Made by a program: the position numbers and the translations under genes. A stretch of DNA of 64,000 nt from positions 3,240,735-3,304,734 of the forward strand of contig CM082592.2 in NCBI GenBank assembly GCA_040954595.2, given 5' to 3'. Below, in pieces: positions 10,101 to 20,915 of this stretch (its first letter is position 1; each line of letters starts with the position of its first letter). The notes beneath the pieces are model-generated. The model did no database searches, had not been told where the DNA came from, and saw only the letters and a list, made by a program, of their open reading frames with translations. The stretch is from Balanoglossus misakiensis (Eukaryota > Animalia > Hemichordata).

Positions 10101-13100
10101 GCTGGCCATAGAGTGCATAGTCAGGAGAATCAACATCCAATGTTAAATACAAAAATGAATGCTTCAGAGTGACAAATTGCAGTTTTAGGGACATAATACG
10201 ACATCTTACTAAATTGGGTCCATTTTATGACTGAGCTCACAAGCCAATGTGGTAAGCCTGCAGTGGCTTTGAATTGGTTAAATATCAAACTGGGGATAAA
10301 ATAATTGAGCATAACAATAAAATGCCATATACAAATATGTGAATGAGATTCATTTGTTATTTACATTTCAGATGTCATGTGTATCATGTGGCAGAAAGTA
10401 CCACACAAAGTGCCATAGGCAATTGAAATGCTTTATTTGTACAGTGACTTGTGGTAAGTAACTGCGATTTTTGGCTATTTGCAATACGGGAGTAGACCAA
10501 ATAACAATGGTTAAGACTCATGAATTGTGATCAAAAATCAACAAAACTTACAGCTGATGACCCTCAATTAAATGATTGCTCTCAAGTTCTTTCTCAGATA
10601 TGATCTTGCATTATTTTTTGCTTTCGTTGATTCTGTCCAGTGGATACAGAAGACCGTTCTGGTGAAGAAGTTGCTGCCATCCAAAGTGTGGACAATCAAG
10701 CTGCCGATGGTAAGATCTTGTTAAATTTGTTTTGCTTATAACAGCATTAAAACAATGTGGTCTGTAGTTGTACATACTAGCTAACTTAAGTTGTGAACTA
10801 TATCTAAAATTTCACACTTTCAGCCAATTTTTATATCTTTTGCCAATTTTGTTGGACTGTAACCAAGTTCTTTCTCAGATATGATCTTGCATTATTTTTT
10901 GCTTTCGTTGATTCTGTTCAGTGGATACAGAAGACCGTTCTGGTGAAGAAGTTGCTGCCATCCAAAGTGTGGACAATCAAGCTGCCGATGGTAAGATCTT
11001 GTTAAATTTGTTTTGCTTATAACAGCGTTAAAACAATGTGGTCAGTAGTTGTACATACTAGCTAACTTAAGTTGTGAACTATATCTAAAATTTCACACTT
11101 TCAGCCAATTTTTATATCTTTTGCCAATTTTGTTGGACTGTAACCAAGTTCTTTCTCAGATATGATCTTGCATTATTTTTTGCTTTCGTTGATTCTGTTC
11201 AGTGGATACAGAAGACCGTTCTGGTGAAGAAGTTGCTGCCATCCAAAGTGTGGACAATCAAGCTGCCGATGGTAAGATCTTGTTAAATTTGTTTTGCTTA
11301 TAACAGCATTAAAACAATGTGGTCTGTAGTTGTACATACTAGCTAACTTAAGTTGTGAACTATATCTAAAATTTCACACTTTCAGCCAATTTTTACTTGC
11401 TGTTTACTTTCTGAAGAATGTTCCCATCAGTTGCATATTGTATCAACAACACTGTCCTGATCTCTACTGAAGGTGTGAAGAAAAAAAGAAGATGTATGTA
11501 CGAAGTCCCCTCATTGTTGAAACTAGCGCATAACAAGAAGGCAAAAAGGTATGTAAGGCTAAAAGAAAAATATTGTTCCTCGTGTGATTTTTTTCGACAG
11601 AGGAACAGAAGCGGCAAGCAAAATGTTAATGTTGCTTTTTTGTTAAAAAAAAAAATCAAAATCAGAAAATGGATAAGCAGCAATCCCAAGGAACAATTCC
11701 ATTTTTCTTCCTGGCCTAAGAATACTTTCACCACAATGACATGATTGCCAGGCAGGGTCTCCGTCTTTTATGATGACCTTATTCACCCTTGTTTGGTGGA
11801 CGGAACATTTTGATATAGGCTTAACAAACTTTTTAAACTTTTCATGAATGCCACCTTAAAATATTGTCATAGATGATTTGTTTTAATTAAACATCAAGCT
11901 GTTTCATTATTAATGTTTCAGGTATAATATTTCCGAAGATGAATTACTGAGAAGAACAGGGTCACCAGAAAAACTGTGCCCATATACAATAAATTCAATG
12001 ATGAGATGCGCTAAGAGCAACATCAACAATTTAAAAGAAGATCTACGAGCCTGTGCCATCCCTATTCATAAACAATCAACATTAACTTCCTCATTCACGA
12101 GGTTGTGTGAAGGTACGATTCACCTTGAAATAAAAACATTCAATGCTGCCTGTACCTACATATGTTAACTAAGCCTAGATAGACGACTGTAAAACATGGT
12201 CTTATTTTAAGGGATGAGTTTGAATAGTATTATAATGTCATGCATTCACACATTTTCTACTTAATAACCATTTAATACTTCTAAAAGTATATGTCTGCCC
12301 TAACATTATCATGCCGAGAAACGCAACCAAATGCTTGCATGCACTTCACTAAGTATTATATCAGGGACCACACATCATGGGAGCTGCATGTATGTGTGTG
12401 TGTGTGTGAAAATTACTGCATATTGTCTTGTTGCTGCTGTTTACTTTTTTAGTAATGGGAACTTTCATTGTTTTCGTAATAGGTGAAGTTGAACACTTGT
12501 GTCAGGACTTTAAAAAAATGACTGGATCATTTATACATTTAGAAGAAACAGTTGAAGCCAACCAGGACAGACCAGAGGATAGCCTCAACAAAATGAATAT
12601 GTTTAAGTGAGTATTAAAACATAAATAACAAACAATTATTCAATCTGAGATTCAGATGAAACGAGTGGGTAAAATTGGAAGGGAGAACCATACATTTGCC
12701 TCGTGACTTCAGAATTCCCAAGGGTAGAAAGCGCATCCCCACTTATGATCTTCCATTTTGTAATAATAATAAAAAAATATTTTTAACAGGGAGACCTTGA
12801 GTGACCTGTCCAAAAGGCTGATGGGTGCATGCCATGAGGCCGATTTGGTCACGCATGGCATGACCAGTGCAGTTGTGAGTACCGTTTCACAGTTGCTGTA
12901 TGATGCTGCAGACTGTGAAAGGAAGGCATGTCTTGAAGTCCTGGTAAGTGTTAAGTTCACATGTGATGTATTTAGTTTATTTTGCTGTGCTAAAATCTGT
13001 GGAATACTTGTGTCAATTTAGGGGTTAATTAAATTGAGCCATCCCTCTTTATGAGGAGTAGGATATACATTAGCTGAAGGATATATACAATATATACAGG

Positions 13101-13415
13101 CTTCGTTGCTCTAGACCTCTATGCCAGATGACACCCTGATCAATGTGTTCCACACCAATACAAAATACACCTGTATTATGAGCATTTGAAAGTGTCACTT
13201 TTATCCACTGTGCAATAGAGAATAAGCTTGTTTTTGTTGTCTTTTAAGTGCGTATACAGTGCTTGGTGTAGTCGCAGCAATGCATTTTGGGATAATTGAC
13301 AAATTACTATTAAAACTGACTAATTATTGTCACACTTTACATTCTGTAGACTTCCAAGAGAGGGAATGAAAGCGAAGGGTCAGCGGATCTAACTTCGCTG
13401 CCAGTAAAACAGTGA
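4185..13415 (+). CDS. Transposon-borne Ulp1/C48 SUMO-protease - PHD-like finger - AP-2 (TFAP2) domain fusion protein, ~573 aa (or ~536 aa from ATG 5340)
   Basis: Exons 4185-4266, 5311-5352, 5906-6030, 6233-6283, 6618-6701, 7101-7166, 7521-7606, 8033-8135, 8823-8916, 9984-10030, 10372-10453, 10641-10709, 10922-10990, 11203-11271, 11431-11548, 11922-12112, 12483-12606, 12790-12943, 13350-13415; all GT-AG and in frame. Ulp1 motifs: LKPGNWLVDNAVDAYL, PGHWT, LLDPL, QQDGSSCGVY. PHD-like: CHGC..CVSCGRKYHTKC..CFIC. AP-2-like: VPSLLKL..RYNISEDELLRRTGSPEKL..MRCAKS..FTRLCEGEVEHLCQDF..DLVTHGM. AATAAA at 13442 and ~13617. The first exon and start codon are the least certain part. Confidence 0.85.
4653..5107 (+). 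repeat. Left subterminal tandem array, 6 units (83-bp unit plus 60/85-bp variants)
   Basis: Unit ATCTGCCCTGAGGGCAACACTATATCTGAGCTGCCCTCAGGGCAGACATACATTTCATATGTTTGTACATGTCATTGCATAGC; 10 TGCCCT(G/C)AGGGCA motifs by hand count. Confidence 0.95.
9040..9406. mobile_element. Non-autonomous TIR element (Kolobok-like ends) nested in an intron of the MULE cargo gene
   Basis: Imperfect TIRs AAGGGGAAGTCTGGTCCAGCAGATTTCTACATAATTT / AAATTATGTAGAAATCAGCTGGACCGGACTTCCCTTT; TTAA at the right end, TTGA at the left. Confidence 0.6.
10583..11395 (+). repeat. 281-bp tandem triplication, each copy containing a 69-nt exon
   Basis: Near-identical copies start at 10583, 10864 and 11145. Each holds AG-exon-GT encoding (V)DTEDRSGEEVAAIQSVDNQAAD. 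Confidence 0.95.
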
Positions 13416-14184
13416 TACTTGGAGCACCTGTTCAATCAAACAATAAAATATTGATTTTTTTTTCTATTGACAAAGGAAATGCACATGTTAATGTTCAACA
13501 GATTTGTCACATCAGTTGGTCAATTGCTTGTTCCCCCAATGTGTGACATTTGCAGTGCATGCATACTATGATTTCCAAGACTTCAATTGTTATTATTCCT
13601 CAATATACTTTTCCTCAATAAAAGTAAAGTTTTTAAAAATGGTACAAATCATGGAGAATTATGAGTAAAATATTTTATTGTGTACGCGTGAGCTAACAAT
13701 ATCTGCCAGGACAAAGTACTCAAGTAAGGCACACTTCACCAACATTAAAAAATAAAACTTGTTTAATGACAAAACAGACTTCTGAAGCCCCAGCAGCTAC
13801 TTTATACATTTCATGTTTAAACAATGTTCAGTTTTAATGGATACAGTCCAAATTACACACTAAACACTACATGACTAGTTTTATGTTATGGACCATAACA
13901 AGTAAAATCTTCAATTTGGTGAAGATAGCTAGGTGAAAACGTAATAGATCAACAATTCAACTGTTCCTGATATAGTGAACATTATGGAAAGTACATGCAG
14001 TTGCAAATGGGTGCTTAAAGTGACAATGCTCATCAGGAGACTAAACTGGCCAGTTTGTTTTCCTGATGAGTGAGTCCAGTGACTCACGAAACAACGTTGT
14101 AGAGATTATACCGCCTATCGTTTCTCCATGCAGCTACCCTTACTTTATATATTTATGTATATATAAATACATACATACATGTGC

Positions 14185-17100
14185 TCAACGGTTTTTGCAT
14201 GGTGTTATACGCCTTTTATTTGTCTTTACTTCATATTCTCTGTCTCCATCATGAGATGTGCATCTGATAGGTCTTTCAGAATTTCCACAAGATAAGTCAT
14301 AGCTATGATCAGCTGAGTTTCTCTTTCTTTTAGTCCTATCAATATCTTTCCTATATGGATGTAGTGGCTTTATGAGCTTTACCCTAGTTTGAACTTCAAA
14401 TGTGGAAAAAGCTTCATTGTGAGCCTTTTCCAACAAACTCTTTAATGAAGGGGTATCCACAAAATTCTCACTCAAACTCCAATTAAACAAATCCCTGATC
14501 ATATCTGTTGAAGTCAGCTGGGCCTTGACATCACTACATATTGGTGGTTGCACTTGTTGACACAGATCGTCTGCTGCAGGTGCAACAAGTTCAGGCTCAG
14601 TGTCCTTGTTTCTATAGGCCCATGCTAGCATACACAAACACTTTTCACTGTAACTACTGGCAATACAGGAACAAGACATATACTTAAGATCAATAACATT
14701 TAAATTGCCATTGTCATACACTGTAAATTGATCAGCCTCACACTTAAATGAGCCCGTTTGAATTATATTTTTCCCAATTTTGTCCCGCACGTTCAATATT
14801 TCAAAGCCAACATTTGATGAATGTAATTTAACAAACAACAGATGTTTACACAATTCTCCCTTTGAAAATGCCAGACATTCACATGTATACCTAATAAGGT
14901 CAACCTTATAGTGAAGGGATGCTGTCCTTTCAGATGGCACATCCCAAATACCATCTGTATCTGTCATCTTCACACGCTTGTCATACCCTAATAGAAGCAT
15001 TCTTTGTACACCCTCCTCGCTGCTTTTCTTCTTTATGGATAGTCTGCCAGCCAGATGCAACCCCTCAAGGTAACTAAAAGGTAAAACAAAGATTTTTACA
15101 TACATTTACGAACATTTGGTCACACTCTCTTGGTGTTACATTTACATGATGTCAGTCAGCAAATTTCAGCAAAGTGGTTTCATATAAAATAAATGGCACT
15201 ACCTGGAACATGGGGGAAATTTGGAATTGTGTGAAAAAAATGAATAAATATTGATAAAATTATCAAATCGAGAAGAAAACTAAGAAACAAATAGATGTAG
15301 CTTCACATGTGAGGGTCTGTGCATAGACAAATAGAGGGGGAAGACTCTACTGTCTATGGTCTGTGGTAATACACAACATTTTTGCTTACCTATAGTAGAT
15401 TTCAACTTTTGTAGAAAGCAAGTTCAAGAGGTCATCAATTCTCCTATTTGCAATTCCCTTCAAAAACTGATACTTCATAGAATGGAAAAATCTGTAAAAC
15501 AATGCCACAATTTAAATATCAATTCCATTTCTTCAAGCACATATATAATTATATCAAGTTCATGAAAACACTAGGTTAGTTTTGATCGAACTTTCAACAT
15601 TGGACTTGATGTGATAAAAAAAACACATCCCGATCTCTCCTTTAGAATATTCTCTCAAAGATCTTCCAGAGAATGTTATGCTAGTGAGTAGTTCATAAAT
15701 ATACGCACTTCTGCAGCTAACTCATGAATATTCAAGGTAGATTCTCTGCATTTAGCATTCCCAGTGTATACATATGTAAAAGCAGCGCATGATCATGTCA
15801 GAGATATATCTACATGGCTAATCAATTAAAAATCACAATTGACGGCCCTCTACTTTTTCCAAGAAGACTGAAATCATTCTTAACCTTTCTGCAATATTGT
15901 TGGTGTCTTGGCCTGCATGATAAATCCTCCGACCAAATTTGCTCCACATATGAGCCACAGAAATCCACTGATCTGTTAAGTACTTTGAGACATGCTGACT
16001 CCCAATTTCTTTATCAATTGCACCAATAACAGCAAATGATGTCTTCTCAAAGTCTTCTTTCTGCAGAAAAAAAAGTGATATGGGTTTCTTAATAAGTAAA
16101 TGTGAAACAAGCACCCTAGTGGCCAATCTTATTAGAACAGAAAAAGGGAGAACAGTGTCAGTTATAAATGAAAAAAATATGGAAAGTTTTGCTCCAAAAT
16201 TTAGGCGAAAAAAATATGGCGGTCAAGTAATTCTTGAGCAGGTTTTAGAGAAGAAAATTGCTGACGGACAGAAGGATGACAAGAGCCAATCACCCCATAT
16301 GATAACCTCCACGTCGCTGACAGCTGAGTGAAAAAATAGACAACTTTACTCATCCGATTGGAAAGCTACCGGTATTTGTACTTACCGTAGTACATTCTTT
16401 CATTTTATACAAAGCATCAATGACGGTGTTCCTTTTCTCAAGATTTGACTGGCCTGACAAACCACCTCCTGAAGTCTTCGTTAACCAACGATGAACTGCC
16501 TTTATTAATATAAAATTATATGGTAAAATATTAACAAATACCGTCAATGACAGTGTTGCTCATAATACCATCTTGATCAGGGGAAAAAAAAGATATTAAC
16601 TCGATGAGTATTTTAAAACTTGCAGACTGAATAATTACATGAAAAAAACTTGAACATTGGTGTATGTTATCTGTTCATTTAATAAGTAACGTACTACGGA
16701 ACTTTTATCTCTAAAACAACTTTAAGTTGTAGTGTCATTTTAGAGTCATATGCAGATCAGAGTGTATTAAATTCTGCTTGAACAAGTTGGCTAAACATTT
16801 CATAAATCTTGCAGTTGTCAGCATATTAAGACTGATAGCTGAAATCCATTGAGACCAAAAGTATCAGTGAGACAGTGACCAGAGAATTAAATCTAATGAC
16901 CTACCTGCAATACATGGAACCAGCACAGTAGAATATCTGACTGTGGAAATACACTCTGTAGAGCTGCTATTTCTGTTGGGTCTTTATCAACCATAATCAC
17001 TCTTTAAGAAATTAGAATTGTAATTGTTAATGCAACAAAACCCTTACCTTTTGGCATTTCTGTCACAGGGGTACTTGGATAGAACAGATATAAATTTGCT

Positions 17101-18349
17101 GAAATTGCATGTGTGTTCATTTGAATACAAGAGATCATAATATCAAAAAGCACAAATACTTTGGAAGGTGCCATCACATAAACCTTACATGACTTCATAA
17201 CATGGAAAAAGTAGCCTTTGGGTAAAAAAAACACTGTGTTATATGCAGCATAATTGTAATAGCTAACAAAGGAAGTGAAGAACATATCCTGTAATACAGC
17301 TAACAAAACCCTGAGTATTGTGAAAATAAGAACAAATCAGCAACATTAGTTAATCACTGACTTTATAACAGCTTCAAAAGTACCATATCTGAATGATTTA
17401 TTTAGCAGTAAAGAATATACCAATGAATTTACCTTGGACTGATTGTTGTAGCCTCATACAATTTAGTGAAACATCGCTCCAGAACTGCTTTGTCTTCTCT
17501 GCTGATGATGATGAATGCAATAGGCACACCATGCCCAACACCATTCTTGACAATTACAGCATAGAATGCATAACCATACGCTGTTATTCCTCTGTATGTA
17601 GCATCTATAAATACCATACTTTTTCCGAATTTCAGATATTGGTCTTTCTGAAAGGGACTCATGTAAACTATTTCTAATGGTTGGTTGGCAACTTTGGAGA
17701 ATGGTTGATAGTGGATGATGTTTGCCTGTAGATCACTTTTCAATAGTTTATCTACGCTGATGGCATCATTTCGATCAAACCTGGTTTCAGCCAAGGCCTT
17801 GTTTCGTAGATATTTTACATCTGCTGGTGTGGGGTAGTACTGGCGGTTTTTCATGTCAAGCTCCCCTCTGTTTTGTGCCCACTGAGAGCACTTAACAATA
17901 ATTTCACTGGTCTGCAAATTTTGTAAGGTCCAGAGCCTTATTAGTTCAGTCAGCTCAGGTGATATTTTGCTCACGCGATAGTCATCACTGTTAGACAGAT
18001 CGTGTCCCACATGGTGACTTCGTAATCTAACAACACACACCTGATGGGTACCCACTTTGGTGAAACAAAAAGACGCGTATGAGTTGCAGCCATTAGCACG
18101 GGTCAGATTTGGAGCTCCAGAGGATTTACCCTTTGCTTTCCCTCCTCTTTCACACCTAAAATGATAGTTCCCATCTGTTTGCTTCCGCAAACTTGTGTAT
18201 ACCCCAAGACCTCTCTCAGAAAGGGAGGCAAGATGTGTGTTAACAAATTGTTCCTCTGATCCACTCTCTACAACATGAAGTGAACGCTGAACTCCAGTTG
18301 GCTCCTTGCGTAACTTTGATTCCACAATGGACAGTACTGAAGAATTCAT
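14185..18349 (-). CDS. MULE (Mutator-like) DDE transposase with N-terminal WRKY/GCM1-type Zn finger and C-terminal SWIM finger, ~764 aa
   Basis: Exons 18349-17433, 17001-16905, 16499-16386, 16060-15885, 15491-15390, 15073-14185 splice in frame without stops. Motifs: FRCERGG..GC..HHVGH; VFIDATY (D1); GHGVPIAF; IMVDKD (D2); LLCWFH (CxxH); DTNNIAER (E); CECLAFSKGELCKH (SWIM). Confidence 0.93.
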
Positions 18350-18407
18350 CCTGTAAAATATTAAATAATGGAAAAATAGGCATTGCTGAGTAAGTGTATG
18401 AAACAAA

Positions 18408-19538
18408 TGTCTGCCCTCAGATGCTATGCAATGACATGTATAAACATATGAAATGAATGTCTGCCCTGAGGGCAGCTAAGATATAGTGTTGCCCTCAGGG
18501 CAGATGCTATGCAATGACATGTATAAACATATGAAATGAATGTCTGCCCTGAGGGCAGCTAAGACATAGTGTTGCCCTCAGGGCAGATACTATGCAATGA
18601 CATGTATAAACATATGAAATGTATGTCTGCCCTGAGGGCAGCTCAGATATAGTGTTGCCCTCAGGGCAGATACTATGCAATGACATGTATAAACATATGA
18701 AATGTATGTCTGCCCTGAGGGCAGCTCAGATATAGTGTTGCCCTCAGGGCAGATGCTATGCAATGACATGTATAAACATATGAAATGAATGTCTGCCCTG
18801 AGGGCAGCTCAGATATAGTGTTGCCCTCAGGGCAGATGCTATGCAATGACATGTATAAACATATGAAATGAATGTCTGCCCTGAGGGCAGCTCAGATATA
18901 GTGTTGCCCTCAGGGCAGATGCTATGCAATGACATGTATAAACATATGAAATGAATGTCTGCCCTGAGGGCAGCTCAGATATAGTGTTGCCCTCAGGGCA
19001 GATGCTATGCAATGACATGTATAAACATATGAAATGTATGTCTGCCCTGAGGGCAGCTCAGATATAGTGTTGCCCTCAGGGCAGATGCTATGCAATGACA
19101 TGTATAAACATATGAAATGTATGTCTGCCCTGAGGGCAGCTCAGATATAGTGTTGCCCTCAGGGCAGATGCTATGCAATGACATGTACAAACATATGAAA
19201 TGTATGTCTGCCCTGAGGGCAGCTCAGATATAGTGTTGCCCTCAGGGCAGATGCTATGCAATGACGTGTACAAACATATGAAATGTATGTCTGCCCTGAG
19301 GGCAGCTCAGATATAGTGTTGCCCTCAGGGCAGATACTATGCAATGACATGTACGTACATATGAAATGAATGTCTGCCCTGAGGGCAGCTCAGATGCTAT
19401 GCAATGACATGTACAAACATATGAAATGTATGTCTGCCCTGAGGGCAGCTCAGATATAGTGTTGCCCTCAGGGCAGATGCTATGCAATGACATGTATAAA
19501 CATATGAAATGAATGTCTGAGTTGCCCTCAGGGCAGAT
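18408..19538 (-). repeat. Right subterminal tandem array, ~14 units of the same 83-bp repeat
   Basis: Units start every 83 bp from 18421 to 19334, followed by a 60-bp variant, one more 83-bp unit and a partial unit; 26 TGCCCT(G/C)AGGGCA motifs by hand count. Confidence 0.95.
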
Positions 19539-20124
19539 TACTAGTATTTCCCGCCTGCCAAATATGCTAATTTTTACCCCAGAGGTCTCATATTCAAAAC
19601 CAAATAGCCTAGCTTGCCGTTTATAAGTTATAACCTCTTAATATTGCTACGATCAGAGCAGATTGATAGATATACACATGGAGGTATTATCGGATATTCA
19701 CTATGCAACGAATTTCTAAAGAAGTTGTAATTTTTCTGTCATGTTTAATATATATGTCTCGTGCATGCATCATGAGGGCCTGGTCAGCTGCGAACCATTA
19801 GATATTACTAACAAAATAACATCGTTTGCAAATTTAATTGCCCATGCAACTCTGCTAATGTAGTCAGTACGAACGTGTTGATATATTATGTATTTTCAAC
19901 ATATCTTTCGGGAATTTAACTTACCTTCAACAACGGTAGGATCCCACACGAGGTGTAATCTGCAGCATGCAGGACACTGGCAGCCAGGACTTGGCACTCG
20001 CCGCATGGGTTCTTACGCGGGACTATTTTTTGTGACGTCATTGAATGTTGTGTACCCATTTGCTGCTGCCCTGAGGGCAGCGCTGCCCTCAGGTCATTTT
20101 CCAGTTGCAACTTCTACCGTCTGC
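18408..20124 (-). repeat. Right terminal inverted repeat of the MULE including its array
   Basis: Reverse complement of 4067-~4940, extended inward by additional array units. Confidence 0.95.
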
Positions 20125-20154
20125 CCTGGACCCCGAAGAATCCCATGAAGCAAT

Positions 20155-20357
20155 TACCATGCGCGCGCATGGAAAAGGGCGATCTTCCACTTCCGGAAAC
20201 CCTGAGTGTTAAAATCACTTCCGGGGTATATTTTTATCGTCACTGTATACATGCAGTTCCTGTAGGTGTGATCGATGGTGGTGGTGGGTGAAAACAGCGG
20301 AGATTTTGGAAAACTTCCGCTCGTTTTCCACTTTCGGTGACATACAGTCCTCGTAAG
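20155..20357 (+). promoter_or_regulatory. Probable JAK core promoter / non-coding first exon
   Basis: CpG-richer patch with palindrome CATGCGCGCGCATG (20158-20171), three ETS-type ACTTCCG motifs (~20189, ~20217, ~20313) and a donor AAG|GTAAAT at 20357/20358. An acceptor at 21260 precedes the JAK ATG. Function inferred. Confidence 0.5.
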
Positions 20358-20478
20358 GTAAATATGTTGCAAAGGAACTGGTTCATGTTGGTACAGTCCC
20401 TCTCTATCTACCGTGGAAAGAGGGACTGCATCTGAATGTCGGTTGCAGTTGTTGATGTTTATTCTATCATGCAGCACG

Positions 20479-20915
20479 TTATATCACAGGGAGCTCTTCG
20501 TCCATATTTGTAGTGTGTATGTTTGTTTGTTTGTTTGATGTCATTGATTGATATAATAAACAAACAAAAAATCATTTATTTATTTATTTATTTATTTACA
20601 AATATGGTCACGTTTGTGTGTTGACAATTTAGGGTCAGAACCGAGTATATTCGACGGTTAGCCTTAGGGCAGTTTGTGGTTAGGGTTGGGGTTCAGTCAC
20701 TCTTCGGCATCACTCCCTACATATAAGGAGTGAGTGAACCACCAACCCTAACTCTTACCCCAACCCTAACACCAACCCTAACCTGTCAACAAATTAACAA
20801 ATGGGACAATATCTGTAAATAAATAAATAAACAAACAAACAACAAACATTCTTCTTGTTTATTTTATACAAAAAACATACACACTAAAAACGAGGAAGAG
20901 CTCCCTGTGGTTATA
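20479..20915. mobile_element. ~440-bp foldback/MITE in presumed JAK intron 1
   Basis: Arms TATATCACAGGGAGCTCTTCGTC..TAGTGTGTATG / CATACACACTA..GAGGAAGAGCTCCCTGTGGTTATA, with inner inverted (TTTA)n/(TAAA)n and GGTTAGGG/CCCTAACC tracts. Confidence 0.7.

Larger units (their letters stand above)
4067..20124. mobile_element. Full-length 16,058-bp Mutator/MULE DNA transposon with long TIRs and two convergent genes
   Basis: Termini GCAGACGGTAGAAG... / ...CTTCTACCGTCTGC. TSD CCTGGACCCC at 4057-4066 and 20125-20134 (alternatively 12-bp CCCTGGACCCCG if the ends are 4068/20123). Mirrored ORFs in the track sum to the same coordinate (24191). MULE transposase on the minus strand. Confidence 0.96.

Noticed and set aside
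11431-12943. Plant/apicomplexan AP2/ERF domain or HNH-AP2 mobile endonuclease
   Set aside because: The motifs match the unrelated animal TFAP2 family (EGE..HL..DF, L.THG), not AP2/ERF (YRGV, WxAEI).
18408-19538. Regular palindromic repeats resembling a CRISPR array
   Set aside because: The sequence between palindromes is the same in every unit (no unique spacers), there are no cas genes, the context is a spliced eukaryotic locus, and the array is part of a TIR.
4067-20124. Inverted segmental duplication or assembly artefact explaining the mirrored ends
   Set aside because: A perfect flanking direct repeat and an internal intact MULE transposase explain them as TIRs.
20660-20785. Interstitial telomere
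   Set aside because: Only a few degenerate TTAGGG/CCCTAA units, embedded in a foldback element.
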